Made by a program: the position numbers and the translations under genes | Part shown: positions 19,848 to 28,603 of the stretch, piece by piece | Position numbering within the stretch: position 1 is the first letter of the stretch | Layout of the letters: every line of letters starts with the position of its first letter | The notes under the pieces: model-generated | Told to the model about the DNA's origin: nothing | Seen by the model: the letters and a program-made list of their open reading frames with translations, nothing else | The model's database searches: none | From: Candidatus Ryanbacteria bacterium RIFCSPHIGHO2_02_FULL_45_17b | GTDB lineage: Bacteria; Patescibacteriota; Minisyncoccia; Ryanbacterales; 2-02-FULL-48-12 | Reading direction: 5' to 3' | Length of the DNA stretch: 64,000 bases | NCBI GenBank assembly: GCA_001819815.1 | Contig: MHNO01000009.1 | Coordinates: forward strand, 71,734 to 135,733

Positions 19848-20289
19848 TAAACTTCTCAAACGGAGGATGCTGAGCAACCTTGCCAACCATTTCATAGAGA
19901 CGAAGGCGTTCAGATGATCGATGCCAATCCGCCGGAGTCATTTTTGTATTGAAGTAGATATCCCGCAGTTTCCAAAACATGTCCCATGCTTCCTGTCCGA
20001 TCACTTGTATGACATCAGCTTCATGTTCCTCATCCTCCATGAATGCAAGCGCGTTCCCAAACCGGCCTGTATGCAAAGCAACCATCTGCGCTTGTGTTCC
20101 CTCCATGTAGCCGGGTCGTTGTTGATTCCATTTGTGTAATTCTTCCTCTTGTCTATCAGCTTCCGTCCAAATATCTTCCACCCCGGGCGGCATTTCATCC
20201 TCCTTCCCGTTTGAATGTGATTCAATACCATCCTGATTCATATACAACAATACTACCACTCCATAAAAGATACAAGCAACTGTGGACAA
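19801..20289 (-). CDS. hypothetical protein (N-terminal TM helix, acidic)
   Basis: ORF only. No recognisable family. Confidence 0.35.
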   Translation of the reverse strand: MSTVACIFYGVVVLLYMNQDGIESHSNGKEDEMPPGVEDIWTEADRQEEELHKWNQQRPGYMEGTQAQMVALHTGRFGNALAFMEDEEHEADVIQVIGQEAWDMFWKLRDIYFNTKMTPADWHRSSERLRLYEMVGKVAQHPPFEKFITRGVDVPVENETVH

Positions 20290-20494
20290 AATTATAGGGA
20301 GTCCGCGAGGACTCCCTCAAAAAGCTTTATGGGGGACTTTCACAACTTTGTTTGGGTTTGGTAGGCAAGATATCATGCCCTCTTTGAATAACTGCAATTT
20401 CTCCTGAAGAGACATCCTGTAGACCAGCAAGACAAAAATCAACACAAGTCCGGAAATTTTCATAGACACACCGTTCCATTATCACAGGTTGTTT

Positions 20495-21496
20495 CTATAA
20501 ATTTTTAGCAACTCTCCGCACATGTTCGACCAAGGTCGCCGTATACCCCGCTTCATTGTCGTACCATGAAAATACTTTTAGCAGATTCCCATCCACTACT
20601 TTAGTAAGCGCGAGATCCACAATGGCGCCGTAGGGTTGCCCTAGAACATCAGTAGAGACAAGCGGATCCTCGCTCACAGAAAGAATTTTTGACCATCGAG
20701 GATCCTGAGCCATTTTTTTGAATGCATCATTTACTTCCTCCTTGGAAACCGGACGTCCAAGTAGTGCGGTTATTGCCGACAGGGACCCTGCGACCACCGG
20801 CACCCGCATCGCGATCGCGTCAAATTTTCCTTTGAGTTCCGGAATAGATTGAATTACTGCTTCCGCCGCCCCCGTGGTGGAAGGCACAATGTTTACCGCA
20901 GCCGCCCGTCCTCGGCGCATATCTTTTTCATCGGGTCCATCCACTAACTTTTGTGTGGCGGTATACCCGTGCACCGTAACCATACCTGCTTTTTCAATTC
21001 CAAACGCATCCATCAAAATGCGCATCACGGGCGCTACGGAATTGGTAGTACAAGACGCGTTGCACGTTATTTTACCCGCAGTCTCAAAGTCATCATCATT
21101 CACTCCCACCAAAAGCGTAGGAACTCCGCCTTTTGCAGGCGCAGTAATGACCACGTGTTTGGCCCCGGCATCCAAATGCACACGCGCTTTCTCGCCCGAA
21201 GTGAAAAATCCCGTTGACTCTACTACTATATCGACATCCAAATCCTTCCATGGGAGACGGGCAGGATCTTTTTCGGCAAGAACTCTCACCTTATTGCCAT
21301 CTACGATAATATGCTGTTCGTCTGCGCTGACCTCTTTGTCATACCGTCCGTAAACCGAGTCGAACTTCAACAAATATGAGAGCGTTTTAGTGTCCGTTAA
21401 ATCATTAACAGCGACAATATCAAACTCATCAAGACCATGTGTTGCTCGAAAAAATGAACGGCCAATACGCCCAAATCCATTTATTGCAATTTTCAT
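20495..21496 (-). CDS. gap: type I glyceraldehyde-3-phosphate dehydrogenase
   Basis: NGFGRIGR NAD-binding motif and the catalytic region (SCTTN). Confidence 0.9.
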   Translation of the reverse strand: MKIAINGFGRIGRSFFRATHGLDEFDIVAVNDLTDTKTLSYLLKFDSVYGRYDKEVSADEQHIIVDGNKVRVLAEKDPARLPWKDLDVDIVVESTGFFTSGEKARVHLDAGAKHVVITAPAKGGVPTLLVGVNDDDFETAGKITCNASCTTNSVAPVMRILMDAFGIEKAGMVTVHGYTATQKLVDGPDEKDMRRGRAAAVNIVPSTTGAAEAVIQSIPELKGKFDAIAMRVPVVAGSLSAITALLGRPVSKEEVNDAFKKMAQDPRWSKILSVSEDPLVSTDVLGQPYGAIVDLALTKVVDGNLLKVFSWYDNEAGYTATLVEHVRRVAKNL

Positions 21497-21536
21497 AGAA
21501 TAGTAGTTAGTTGTTAGTAATTAATAAGATGATATA

Positions 21537-21746
21537 TTAATTACCTTTGGCACTAGAATTTCCGACCAGACTTGGGAAAAACCTACGTAGAATTAGGTAT
21601 GTAATAATAACTCCTGGCAAAAACCCATACAATATAAGTCCAAACCCAATATCCACTACGGTAAACAAGTATGTTATTTTAACGAATAAATAACCTCCTA
21701 TATACCCCCCTGCGATACACAAGAAAATGCCGATAGTTGATTTCAT
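21537..21746 (-). CDS. hypothetical small membrane protein
   Basis: 69 aa with two hydrophobic helices. Confidence 0.3.
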   Translation of the reverse strand: MKSTIGIFLCIAGGYIGGYLFVKITYLFTVVDIGFGLILYGFLPGVIITYLILRRFFPSLVGNSSAKGN

Positions 21747-21758
21747 TTAGACGATAAA

Positions 21759-22697
21759 TTATTTATTAAGCAGATACTGATAACAAGAAAGTGCGGCCTT
21801 TACCCCGTCCCCCACCGAAATATTATTCTGTTTATACATTTCATCGGTAACATCTCCTGCCGCCCAAATGCCTGGAACTGATGTTGCAGATGTTTTGTGG
21901 TCAATTACGATTTCGCCTGCCTTATTCAATTCTACTAAATCTTTTATAAACTCGGAATTTGGCACCGAGCCGATTTCCACAAATACGCCGCCAACCGAAA
22001 GCGTTTTTTCTTCGCCCGATACACGGTCTTTATATACAAGCCCCGTTACAAATTTTTCCCCCTCTACTCGCACCGTCTCGGCATGATAAATCACCTCGGC
22101 CTTCCCCGAGCTTTTTATTTTCTCCTGCGTTACCGGATCACCTTTTAAGGTGTCAGTATATTCCAATAAATAAATTTTATTCGCGTACGGCAACAAATCC
22201 ACCGCCGCTTCGAGCCCCGCGTTTCCTCCGCCTACCACTGCGACATCCTTTCCACTGAACAATGGCGCGTCGCATGTGGAGCAATAAGCCACCCCCTTGC
22301 CGTCAAATTCTTTTTCACCCGGAATGCCCAACTTGCGCCGGCGCGCCCCCGACGTAACGATAACCGTACGTGTTTCGTATACCCCACCTCTGTCGGTTTC
22401 CACCAAAAAACCGCCATCTTTCTTGGAAATTTTTGTAACAAGTTCCGGCGCTTTTATTTCCACCTCTTCCTGATAATTGCGTATGTGCGTTTCCAGATTT
22501 TTAGCAAGCTCAAGCCCCGACAACGATTTGGTGCCGATCCAGTTTTGCACATCGGCAGAAACAATGGATTGCCCGCCAAACTCGCCTGTAATAAGCAATA
22601 CTTTTAATTTTTTCCGCGCGGCATACACCGCCGCTCCCGCGGCCGCCGGTCCTCCCCCGATAATGATGACGTCGTACATAATGATATTATTTTCCAC
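21759..22697 (-). CDS. trxB: thioredoxin-disulfide reductase
   Basis: GGGPAAAGAA FAD-binding motif, redox CSTCD motif, NADPH-binding GGGNAG motif. The start may be the internal MYDVIIIGGG. Confidence 0.85.
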   Translation of the reverse strand: MENNIIMYDVIIIGGGPAAAGAAVYAARKKLKVLLITGEFGGQSIVSADVQNWIGTKSLSGLELAKNLETHIRNYQEEVEIKAPELVTKISKKDGGFLVETDRGGVYETRTVIVTSGARRRKLGIPGEKEFDGKGVAYCSTCDAPLFSGKDVAVVGGGNAGLEAAVDLLPYANKIYLLEYTDTLKGDPVTQEKIKSSGKAEVIYHAETVRVEGEKFVTGLVYKDRVSGEEKTLSVGGVFVEIGSVPNSEFIKDLVELNKAGEIVIDHKTSATSVPGIWAAGDVTDEMYKQNNISVGDGVKAALSCYQYLLNK

Positions 22698-23037
22698 TAT
22701 CTATTCCCGCTTTTATCTCAAGATATTTAACTCGAGCCATTAAATCCTCAAATTCATCTTTATACACCAAATTACCACGTATTTCCGCAACGTCGGCTTC
22801 TATTCTGCCTAAGCGGGCATCCATGTGATCCATGCGCCCATCAAAACGATCCATGCGCTCTTCAAAACGATCCATGCGCTCTTCAAAGTGATCCATACGA
22901 CCGTCTAATGTATCCATACGGTCGTCTAGCGTATCCATACGACCATCCAATCGTTTTATATCATCTTTCGTTGCTGTATTCTCAAAACCCTTCGCAATCA
23001 TACGCGCAAGTTCTTCATTTGTGACTTTTTTTACCAT
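22687..23037 (-). CDS. heptad-repeat protein (7 tandem copies of D/E-x-R-M-D-x-F/L)
   Basis: MVKKVTNEELARMIAKGFENTATKDDIKRL, then DGRMDTL DDRMDTL DGRMDHF EERMDRF EERMDRF DGRMDHM DARLGRI. Start at the internal ATG at 23037. Confidence 0.5.
   Translation of the reverse strand: MVKKVTNEELARMIAKGFENTATKDDIKRLDGRMDTLDDRMDTLDGRMDHFEERMDRFEERMDRFDGRMDHMDARLGRIEADVAEIRGNLVYKDEFEDLMARVKYLEIKAGIDSGK
22801..22947. repeat. 21-bp tandem direct repeat, 7 copies, inside the heptad-repeat gene
   Basis: ATCCATGCGCTCTTCAAAACG-type units repeated head to tail (plus strand). Confidence 0.7.
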
Positions 23038-23113
23038 GCCTCTAGTATACAAAACAGTTGATAAAACGCAAAATTCGGTTTCTGAACGTAGCGGTTGAAC
23101 CGCTACATAACTA

Positions 23114-24298
23114 TCAATAGGCTTCTTTCGTGTACACATTCTTTGGATCCCACACCATCCACGAGTCAAGCCTTGCATCATACGTTGCTTGTTTTTCTTT
23201 CCGAATCATATCTGCCGTGTAATCCGCGCCTAAATCAAAATCCTGAATCCATGGTCGTAGCTCGGCAATGTGCGCGCCATATAAAGGCGAAGTTGTGCTT
23301 GCAGTTAATACACGCATTGCCTCTAGACGCCGTTCTCCTTCTGACATGGCAAAATGAATAACCTCATAAGGATGTGCCGCAGGGTTTGAGAGACCATTCC
23401 ATCCATTGGGATAATGGGAAGGATATACCATGGGCGCAATATAGTCCGCATGAGGCGCTGCTTTTTCAAGCACTTGTCCAATGTTCAAGTCATCGGTATT
23501 TGTCATGGTCATACCAAATAAATCAAGGGAAATAGGAATGGGCAGTTTGCTAAGTTCAGTATCAAGATAGGCAAAAAAATTCTCAAGAACATCGCTCCGC
23601 GGCACAATGCCATCCCACACGGGAAACGCAATATTTTTCATATTACCATCAGATGGAAACCGCACATAATCAAAGTTGAGTTCATCAAACCCCACCGCTT
23701 CCGCGGCATGCGCAACCCGAATAATATACTTCCACATTTCCGTGGAGGCAGGATCAACCCATGTGATTCCTTTCCTATCTTTCCACACCGTTCCTTCTTT
23801 TGTGCGCACGGCAATCTCAGGCATTTTCGCAACAACATGCGGATCTTGAAAGACGCTAATACGCGCGATTGTGTAAATATCATTACGATGCAACTCCTCG
23901 ATAAAAGAACGCATATTCGGCACGCGTTCTTCTTCCGAGCCCATCTTCTCTATTATCGGATCGCCCGTGCGAAAAGAAACCTTGCCAGAATAATCTTTAA
24001 CATCAATAACAATTGCGTTGACTTCTGATGTTCGAACAAATTCTACAAGCGGTTCACGTATGGATGGAGTCCCCGCAACCCAACTTGACATATAAATGGC
24101 GCGAACGGCATCCGGCGTGGATATATGTTGGGGCGGCGGAGGTAAAACCGCTGTTGCTATAGTTGCGCTACCGTACTCGTCCGCAATGTATATCAGTGCT
24201 GTTCCTCTGTTCATTACCCAAACAAAAACAACCGCAATAACTACGACCGCGCTTCCCATTCCTGTAAAAATATATTTTTTTGAAAAAAAGCTTCTCAT
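23114..24298 (-). CDS. putative TIM-barrel glycoside-hydrolase-like protein (DUF4015-like), N-terminal TM helix
   Basis: Signal anchor, then a sequence consistent with a polysaccharide-hydrolase-like beta/alpha barrel. Family assignment tentative. Confidence 0.4.
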   Translation of the reverse strand: MRSFFSKKYIFTGMGSAVVVIAVVFVWVMNRGTALIYIADEYGSATIATAVLPPPPQHISTPDAVRAIYMSSWVAGTPSIREPLVEFVRTSEVNAIVIDVKDYSGKVSFRTGDPIIEKMGSEEERVPNMRSFIEELHRNDIYTIARISVFQDPHVVAKMPEIAVRTKEGTVWKDRKGITWVDPASTEMWKYIIRVAHAAEAVGFDELNFDYVRFPSDGNMKNIAFPVWDGIVPRSDVLENFFAYLDTELSKLPIPISLDLFGMTMTNTDDLNIGQVLEKAAPHADYIAPMVYPSHYPNGWNGLSNPAAHPYEVIHFAMSEGERRLEAMRVLTASTTSPLYGAHIAELRPWIQDFDLGADYTADMIRKEKQATYDARLDSWMVWDPKNVYTKEAY

Positions 24299-25575
24299 GT
24301 AATGTAATCTGCGAGTGTAACGGATGGATCGGACAAATAAGGGATATAAGACACACAGTCTCGCTGTTCTTTTATAAGAAGCTCGATAACCCGCTTATCT
24401 TTGAATTTATTTATAAACACAGCGCTCACAAGTTTGCCATCTTCCATGCCAAAACGCTCATACCACGCGCCTTCTTGGAAACGTGAAATATATGTACGGT
24501 TGGTATGTTGTATCGCTCCGGATACATCCCCAAGAAACGCAATATGCATCCCCAATACATCAATAGCGTACAAGGGAACATAGGTAAACGCGTGCCGATG
24601 CCCGGTTTTCATATGTGAAGCAGCCATGTTTAAGCCCACAATTCTTCCTTGTAAAAACGCGTTGTTCCAATTTCCCGTTAAAAGATGCTGCTCAAATACC
24701 GGATGGTAGTTTTCGGCAACATCCCCGGCTGCCCATATGTGTTCTGTTGTTGTTTCTAAAAATTCGTTCGTGATAATGCCGCGGTTTACTTCCATACCGA
24801 TGTCTCTAAAGGTCTCGACTTCACGATCCAGCCCGACGCCAACCGCGAGCACATCAGCCGCGTAAGACGTATTCCTGCCCGTAAATACGGTTATAGTTCC
24901 TTTTTCGTCTTGCCGTACTCTTGTTGCTAATTCGTTATGATGGAAAATAACTCCCTTCCGTTCGAGATGCGTTTCCAGTAATACACTCCCCTCTGTATCC
25001 ATATAGTCTTGCCAATATCGTTTTTCTGAAATAAGACAATGGATCATCGAGACTCCGCGCGGCACAAGCGCGTTTATAAGTTCAAGGGCAATAAATCCGC
25101 CGCCGACAAGAACTACTTCCTGTTTATGTTTCTCCGATAGTTTACTATATAATGCATCTGCGTCATTGATGGTTTGAAACCGTGTTATTGGCACCGTTTC
25201 CGACCCTTCCACGCGCCATGGTTTGGCATGCCCGCCCGCGGCGATCAGAAGCTGTTTATAGAAAAAAAGAGTGCCGCGCCTCGTACGCACCTCGTTTCGC
25301 TTAAGGTCTAACACCGTTGCCTCCTCTTCCAAATATAAACTAATGTTTCGTTTGTTGTAATCCTCCACTGTACGCAAAAAAACTTGTGCGCGTGATAAAG
25401 CGCCCTCTACATATTTAGGCAGAAGAACTCGCGAATAGAGGACATGAGGCTCCTTGCTTACAATAGCTATCGTGCCACTATCATCTTTGTTGCGAATGGT
25501 CTCGGCAGCAGTGGTGCCTGCAATTCCTCCGCCGATAATAAGATAATCCACGTTGTGCTTTGCTCCATCAGACAT
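24295..25575 (-). CDS. FAD-dependent pyridine nucleotide-disulfide oxidoreductase family protein
   Basis: DYLIIGGGIAGTTAA FAD motif, a second Rossmann motif (VLVGGGFIALE), and GD in WAAGDVA. No redox-active Cys at the usual position. Confidence 0.75.
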   Translation of the reverse strand: MSDGAKHNVDYLIIGGGIAGTTAAETIRNKDDSGTIAIVSKEPHVLYSRVLLPKYVEGALSRAQVFLRTVEDYNKRNISLYLEEEATVLDLKRNEVRTRRGTLFFYKQLLIAAGGHAKPWRVEGSETVPITRFQTINDADALYSKLSEKHKQEVVLVGGGFIALELINALVPRGVSMIHCLISEKRYWQDYMDTEGSVLLETHLERKGVIFHHNELATRVRQDEKGTITVFTGRNTSYAADVLAVGVGLDREVETFRDIGMEVNRGIITNEFLETTTEHIWAAGDVAENYHPVFEQHLLTGNWNNAFLQGRIVGLNMAASHMKTGHRHAFTYVPLYAIDVLGMHIAFLGDVSGAIQHTNRTYISRFQEGAWYERFGMEDGKLVSAVFINKFKDKRVIELLIKEQRDCVSYIPYLSDPSVTLADYIT

Positions 25576-25659
25576 GGAGAAATGGTAGCATAATTTTCTT
25601 TTCTCCAAAAGAAAAAACAGACGATAGAACATATCGTCTGCCGCCATAAGAAAACAATG

Positions 25660-26913
25660 TTATATTTTGTCGAGAGCCTGCATGATATCAAAAACAATAC
25701 ACGCAATATCCTCTCCGCCCACTGAAAACCGAACACCATTGGGAACAATGCCACTGCTCGCTTTTTCGTTTGGCTCTAATACGCCATGCGTAGTAGACCA
25801 GCAATGCGTAGCGAATGTATTTAAGTCACCCAAATGCACACAGTTGCGACAAAACCGGAGAGCATCCATAAAACGCCGCGTCTCTTCTTCTCCCCCGTCA
25901 ATTTCCATATACACCAAGGGCGGGTATCCATCTAACAGCTGAGACGCAACCGCATAGGAAGAATGGTCAGAGCAAAGCGGATGCCATACTTTGCGTACGC
26001 GCGGATGATGTTGCAAAGTAAGCGTTAAACTGAGTGTATTTTCCGCGTGCCTCTTCATGCGTTCATAGAGCGTCATAATCCCGAGCCGGATAAGCCACGC
26101 CGCATCAGGCGCAAGGACAGATCCCTCATCACGAGATTCACTGATCTTTAGATGGTGGATTATATCTTTTCGCCCAACCAACACGCCTCCCATACCTTGA
26201 GAGAAACCCGCCATTCCTTTGGTAAGCGAATGAATGACAATGTCTGCGCCAAATTCCAGCGGCCGCAACAAAATGGGCGTAGCAATGGTACTATCCACCA
26301 CAAGCGGTTTTCCAAAACTATGCGCGAGATCAGCAAGGGAGCGAATATCATACACGTAACCATGCGGATTGGTAGGCATTTCCACAAAAAGATATTGAGT
26401 TTTATCGTCTATCAACCGCCGCCACGACTCAATATCAGTTGGATCTTCCACAAACCGAGCTTCTATATTTGCGAATGAAACACGGTGTTGGACCAAATGC
26501 CGCGTGCCTCCGTACAGATACGGCGACAATACGATGTTGTCTCCGCTACTGCAAAAGTGAGTGATTAGAAGCCGATGCGCCGCATTCCCCGAAGCGCACG
26601 CAAGAGCATCCACACCACTCAAAAAAAGAGCTGGCGCGTTCGAACCTTCCAGTTGAGCAACAGACTGTTCGAGCATTTCTACAGTGGGATTACCAAATCG
26701 ACCATAGACAAAACCACTTTCTTTCCCGGAAACCATGCGCTCCGCAGTTTCTGTATCGGGCATCGCATAGGTAACCCCGCGATACAACGGAGGTAAAATA
26801 GCTCCGTGCGGATCAACAAACGGATCGTAACCGCCGCGGATACAGATAGTCCGCAAATCCTCCCTAGTTTCGATAAATGATACCCCGAGACTAAAACGAT
26901 CTTGTGCATTCAT
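25660..26913 (-). CDS. Cys/Met-metabolism PLP-dependent enzyme (O-acetylhomoserine sulfhydrylase / cystathionine gamma-synthase family)
   Basis: PLP-lysine motif HSLTKGMAG with the fold-type I pattern. Confidence 0.8.
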   Translation of the reverse strand: MNAQDRFSLGVSFIETREDLRTICIRGGYDPFVDPHGAILPPLYRGVTYAMPDTETAERMVSGKESGFVYGRFGNPTVEMLEQSVAQLEGSNAPALFLSGVDALACASGNAAHRLLITHFCSSGDNIVLSPYLYGGTRHLVQHRVSFANIEARFVEDPTDIESWRRLIDDKTQYLFVEMPTNPHGYVYDIRSLADLAHSFGKPLVVDSTIATPILLRPLEFGADIVIHSLTKGMAGFSQGMGGVLVGRKDIIHHLKISESRDEGSVLAPDAAWLIRLGIMTLYERMKRHAENTLSLTLTLQHHPRVRKVWHPLCSDHSSYAVASQLLDGYPPLVYMEIDGGEEETRRFMDALRFCRNCVHLGDLNTFATHCWSTTHGVLEPNEKASSGIVPNGVRFSVGGEDIACIVFDIMQALDKI

Positions 26914-27115
26914 GTGTGCGTTCCTTTCTTTCAAAGCTTACCAATAGAGTAACACGCGAGACTTAATTTTACAACACAAAATTCTTCTACTCTCCTACCA
27001 ATATTCTCATTTTGTTTGTATCACGTATCTCAAGAAACTCCACCGAAGAAACTTCAAATTACATAACGCCTTTTGGTAAAACGGAAATCAACGGCCAATG
27101 ATGAGATAATCAGAG

Positions 27116-27150
27116 CCTCATCTGATGAGGATGTGTTTCGTGATTCAAAG
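27116..27150. repeat. remnant (joined inverted repeats) of the MITE-like family, copy 3
   Basis: CCTCATCTGATGAGG ATGTGTTTCGTGATTCAAAG matches the inverted-repeat core plus the right outer arm of copy 1. Confidence 0.4.
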
Positions 27151-27177
27151 TATGGATTTTACGGCGGCAGAGTCTGT

Positions 27178-27211
27178 TTGAAACAAAAAGAAATCCCGAT
27201 TAATATCGGGA
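27178..27211 (-). terminator. intrinsic terminator downstream of the 27235..27822 gene
   Basis: 9-bp stem AATCCCGAT-TAAT-ATCGGGATT followed by a T-run on the minus strand. Confidence 0.4.
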
Positions 27212-27234
27212 TTGTGATAGGAAAGAAAGAGTGG

Positions 27235-27822
27235 CTACTTGTAATATGGCAGTAATTCAGGATAAGCCGCATTCCAGTATTCTCGGTCAAGATAATAACT
27301 TTTTTTGTCATCATCTCCGCCGAGATCAAACTGGCACAGCGCGGCAACCGGAATTTCAAGAAGTGTTTCTTTGGAGCATTTCTTTGCCGCAAACAAAACA
27401 TTCATAGTCTGGAACAGAGCATCTTTGCCTATCGCCGCCTCCACCGCCAAGCACGGATAATGCGCATGCAATAAAAACGATGCAAATCCGCCAAGATGCA
27501 TCATTCTTTTGATAGTAAAAAACGCTTCCTCCATAAAGTTGCCACTTACAATAATACCCGTAAGAGGCGATACGGGCGTTAATGCCAAGGGCCCTCCGGG
27601 CCAGGCAAAAAGAAACGACTTTGGCTCCTCGCGCACTCCATCTTGAAGGTCAACATGAAACCTGCACATATCGCGCATCCGCCCATTGCGATCATCTCCG
27701 CATCCAAAACCAAGGACACCATCTCTTGGTTCTAGCGCTTCCTTACTAACAGGTTTCAAAACCTGTCTCCTTTTCAACTCCTGGAAAAGATCCAAATCCC
27801 TTCCCGTAAGCACTTCCGCCAT
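27235..27822 (-). CDS. hypothetical protein with a CxDDR...HxxC motif arrangement (beta-carbonic-anhydrase-like?)
   Basis: GFGCGDDRNG ... LLHAHYPC. A paralogous arrangement in the neighbouring gene. Confidence 0.4.
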   Translation of the reverse strand: MAEVLTGRDLDLFQELKRRQVLKPVSKEALEPRDGVLGFGCGDDRNGRMRDMCRFHVDLQDGVREEPKSFLFAWPGGPLALTPVSPLTGIIVSGNFMEEAFFTIKRMMHLGGFASFLLHAHYPCLAVEAAIGKDALFQTMNVLFAAKKCSKETLLEIPVAALCQFDLGGDDDKKSYYLDREYWNAAYPELLPYYK

Positions 27823-27889
27823 TGTACCCTCCTATTACAAAGATTTACCAAACTTCAGAGTACCACCATTACAAAATTTTATCAACATC

Positions 27890-28381
27890 TTAGATTTTCC
27901 ACACCCCCGTAAAGTCCACAAACACCGGCTCGATTTTTATTGATGCTTCAAGATTGGCAGTCAAAAAATCCACCGCTCTTTTTGCTTCCAGCTGATAGTG
28001 CCTAAGCTCCGCGTTTTCATCATTGCCAAACGTTTGTAGCCCTCCATACTTACCGCAGTCACTGTGCACCATCAGATACACGGTTGGTGTATGATGCAAT
28101 GCAATCGAAGCAAGGATTTGCCCCAACACAAACGTACGATCATTTTCATTGTCGGGAGAAGCAAGTGTTTTTAGCCCCCCCGCGATACAAACTAAATCTT
28201 TGCGCTTTATCTGTTTTGTTTCAAGAAACACCGAAAGCGCCGAGCTAAATCGATCATCAAAACACCACACAACCGCCGCGTCAGCATGGTAATGATCTTT
28301 GGCAGTTTCAAGAGCAATAATTTGTTTGCCTGAGAGAAACTCTGCCTTGTTAAATTTGATCAATGATGCATCGGGATTCAT
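27890..28381 (-). CDS. hypothetical protein with a CxDDR...HSDCG motif arrangement (beta-carbonic-anhydrase-like?)
   Basis: VVWCFDDRF ... (66 aa) ... MVHSDCGKYGG. Spacing and motifs resemble the beta-CA zinc site (CxDxR ... HxxCGG). Confidence 0.45.
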   Translation of the reverse strand: MNPDASLIKFNKAEFLSGKQIIALETAKDHYHADAAVVWCFDDRFSSALSVFLETKQIKRKDLVCIAGGLKTLASPDNENDRTFVLGQILASIALHHTPTVYLMVHSDCGKYGGLQTFGNDENAELRHYQLEAKRAVDFLTANLEASIKIEPVFVDFTGVWKI

Positions 28382-28595
28382 TGGTTTGCATTACTTCCAA
28401 AAACCCGCTCGCTACCGGAACGTAGTGCTCACGCCTATCGGTGTCGGTAATTTTTATCACGCCCGGCGCAAGCACACTCAAAAGCGGTCGATGATGATCA
28501 AGAACCGTAATCTCGCCCGCCGATGTCCGGCAGGTAATGGATTTTACTTCCCCTTGATAACAGGTATTTTTGAGTGAATAGACACCGAGTTTCAT
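28350..28595 (-). CDS. atpC: F0F1 ATP synthase subunit epsilon (N-terminal beta-sandwich only)
   Basis: GEVKSIT..TSAGEITVLDHHRPLLSVLAPGVIKI...GFLEV matches the epsilon N-domain. No C-terminal helices (81 aa). Confidence 0.7.
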   Translation of the reverse strand: MKLGVYSLKNTCYQGEVKSITCRTSAGEITVLDHHRPLLSVLAPGVIKITDTDRREHYVPVASGFLEVMQTNESRCIIDQI

Positions 28596-28603
28596 ATAGG
28601 AAC

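Noticed and set aside
20874-21353. 159-aa plus-strand ORF
   Set aside because: Antisense to gap. Rejected.
27116-27135. CUGAUGAG, the hammerhead-ribozyme core sequence, inside the MITE inverted-repeat cores
   Set aside because: The motif arises trivially from the palindrome CCTCATC/GATGAGG. Copy 1 has CCGATGA instead, no stem II/GAAA/stem III arrangement follows, and the other copies do not conserve it.
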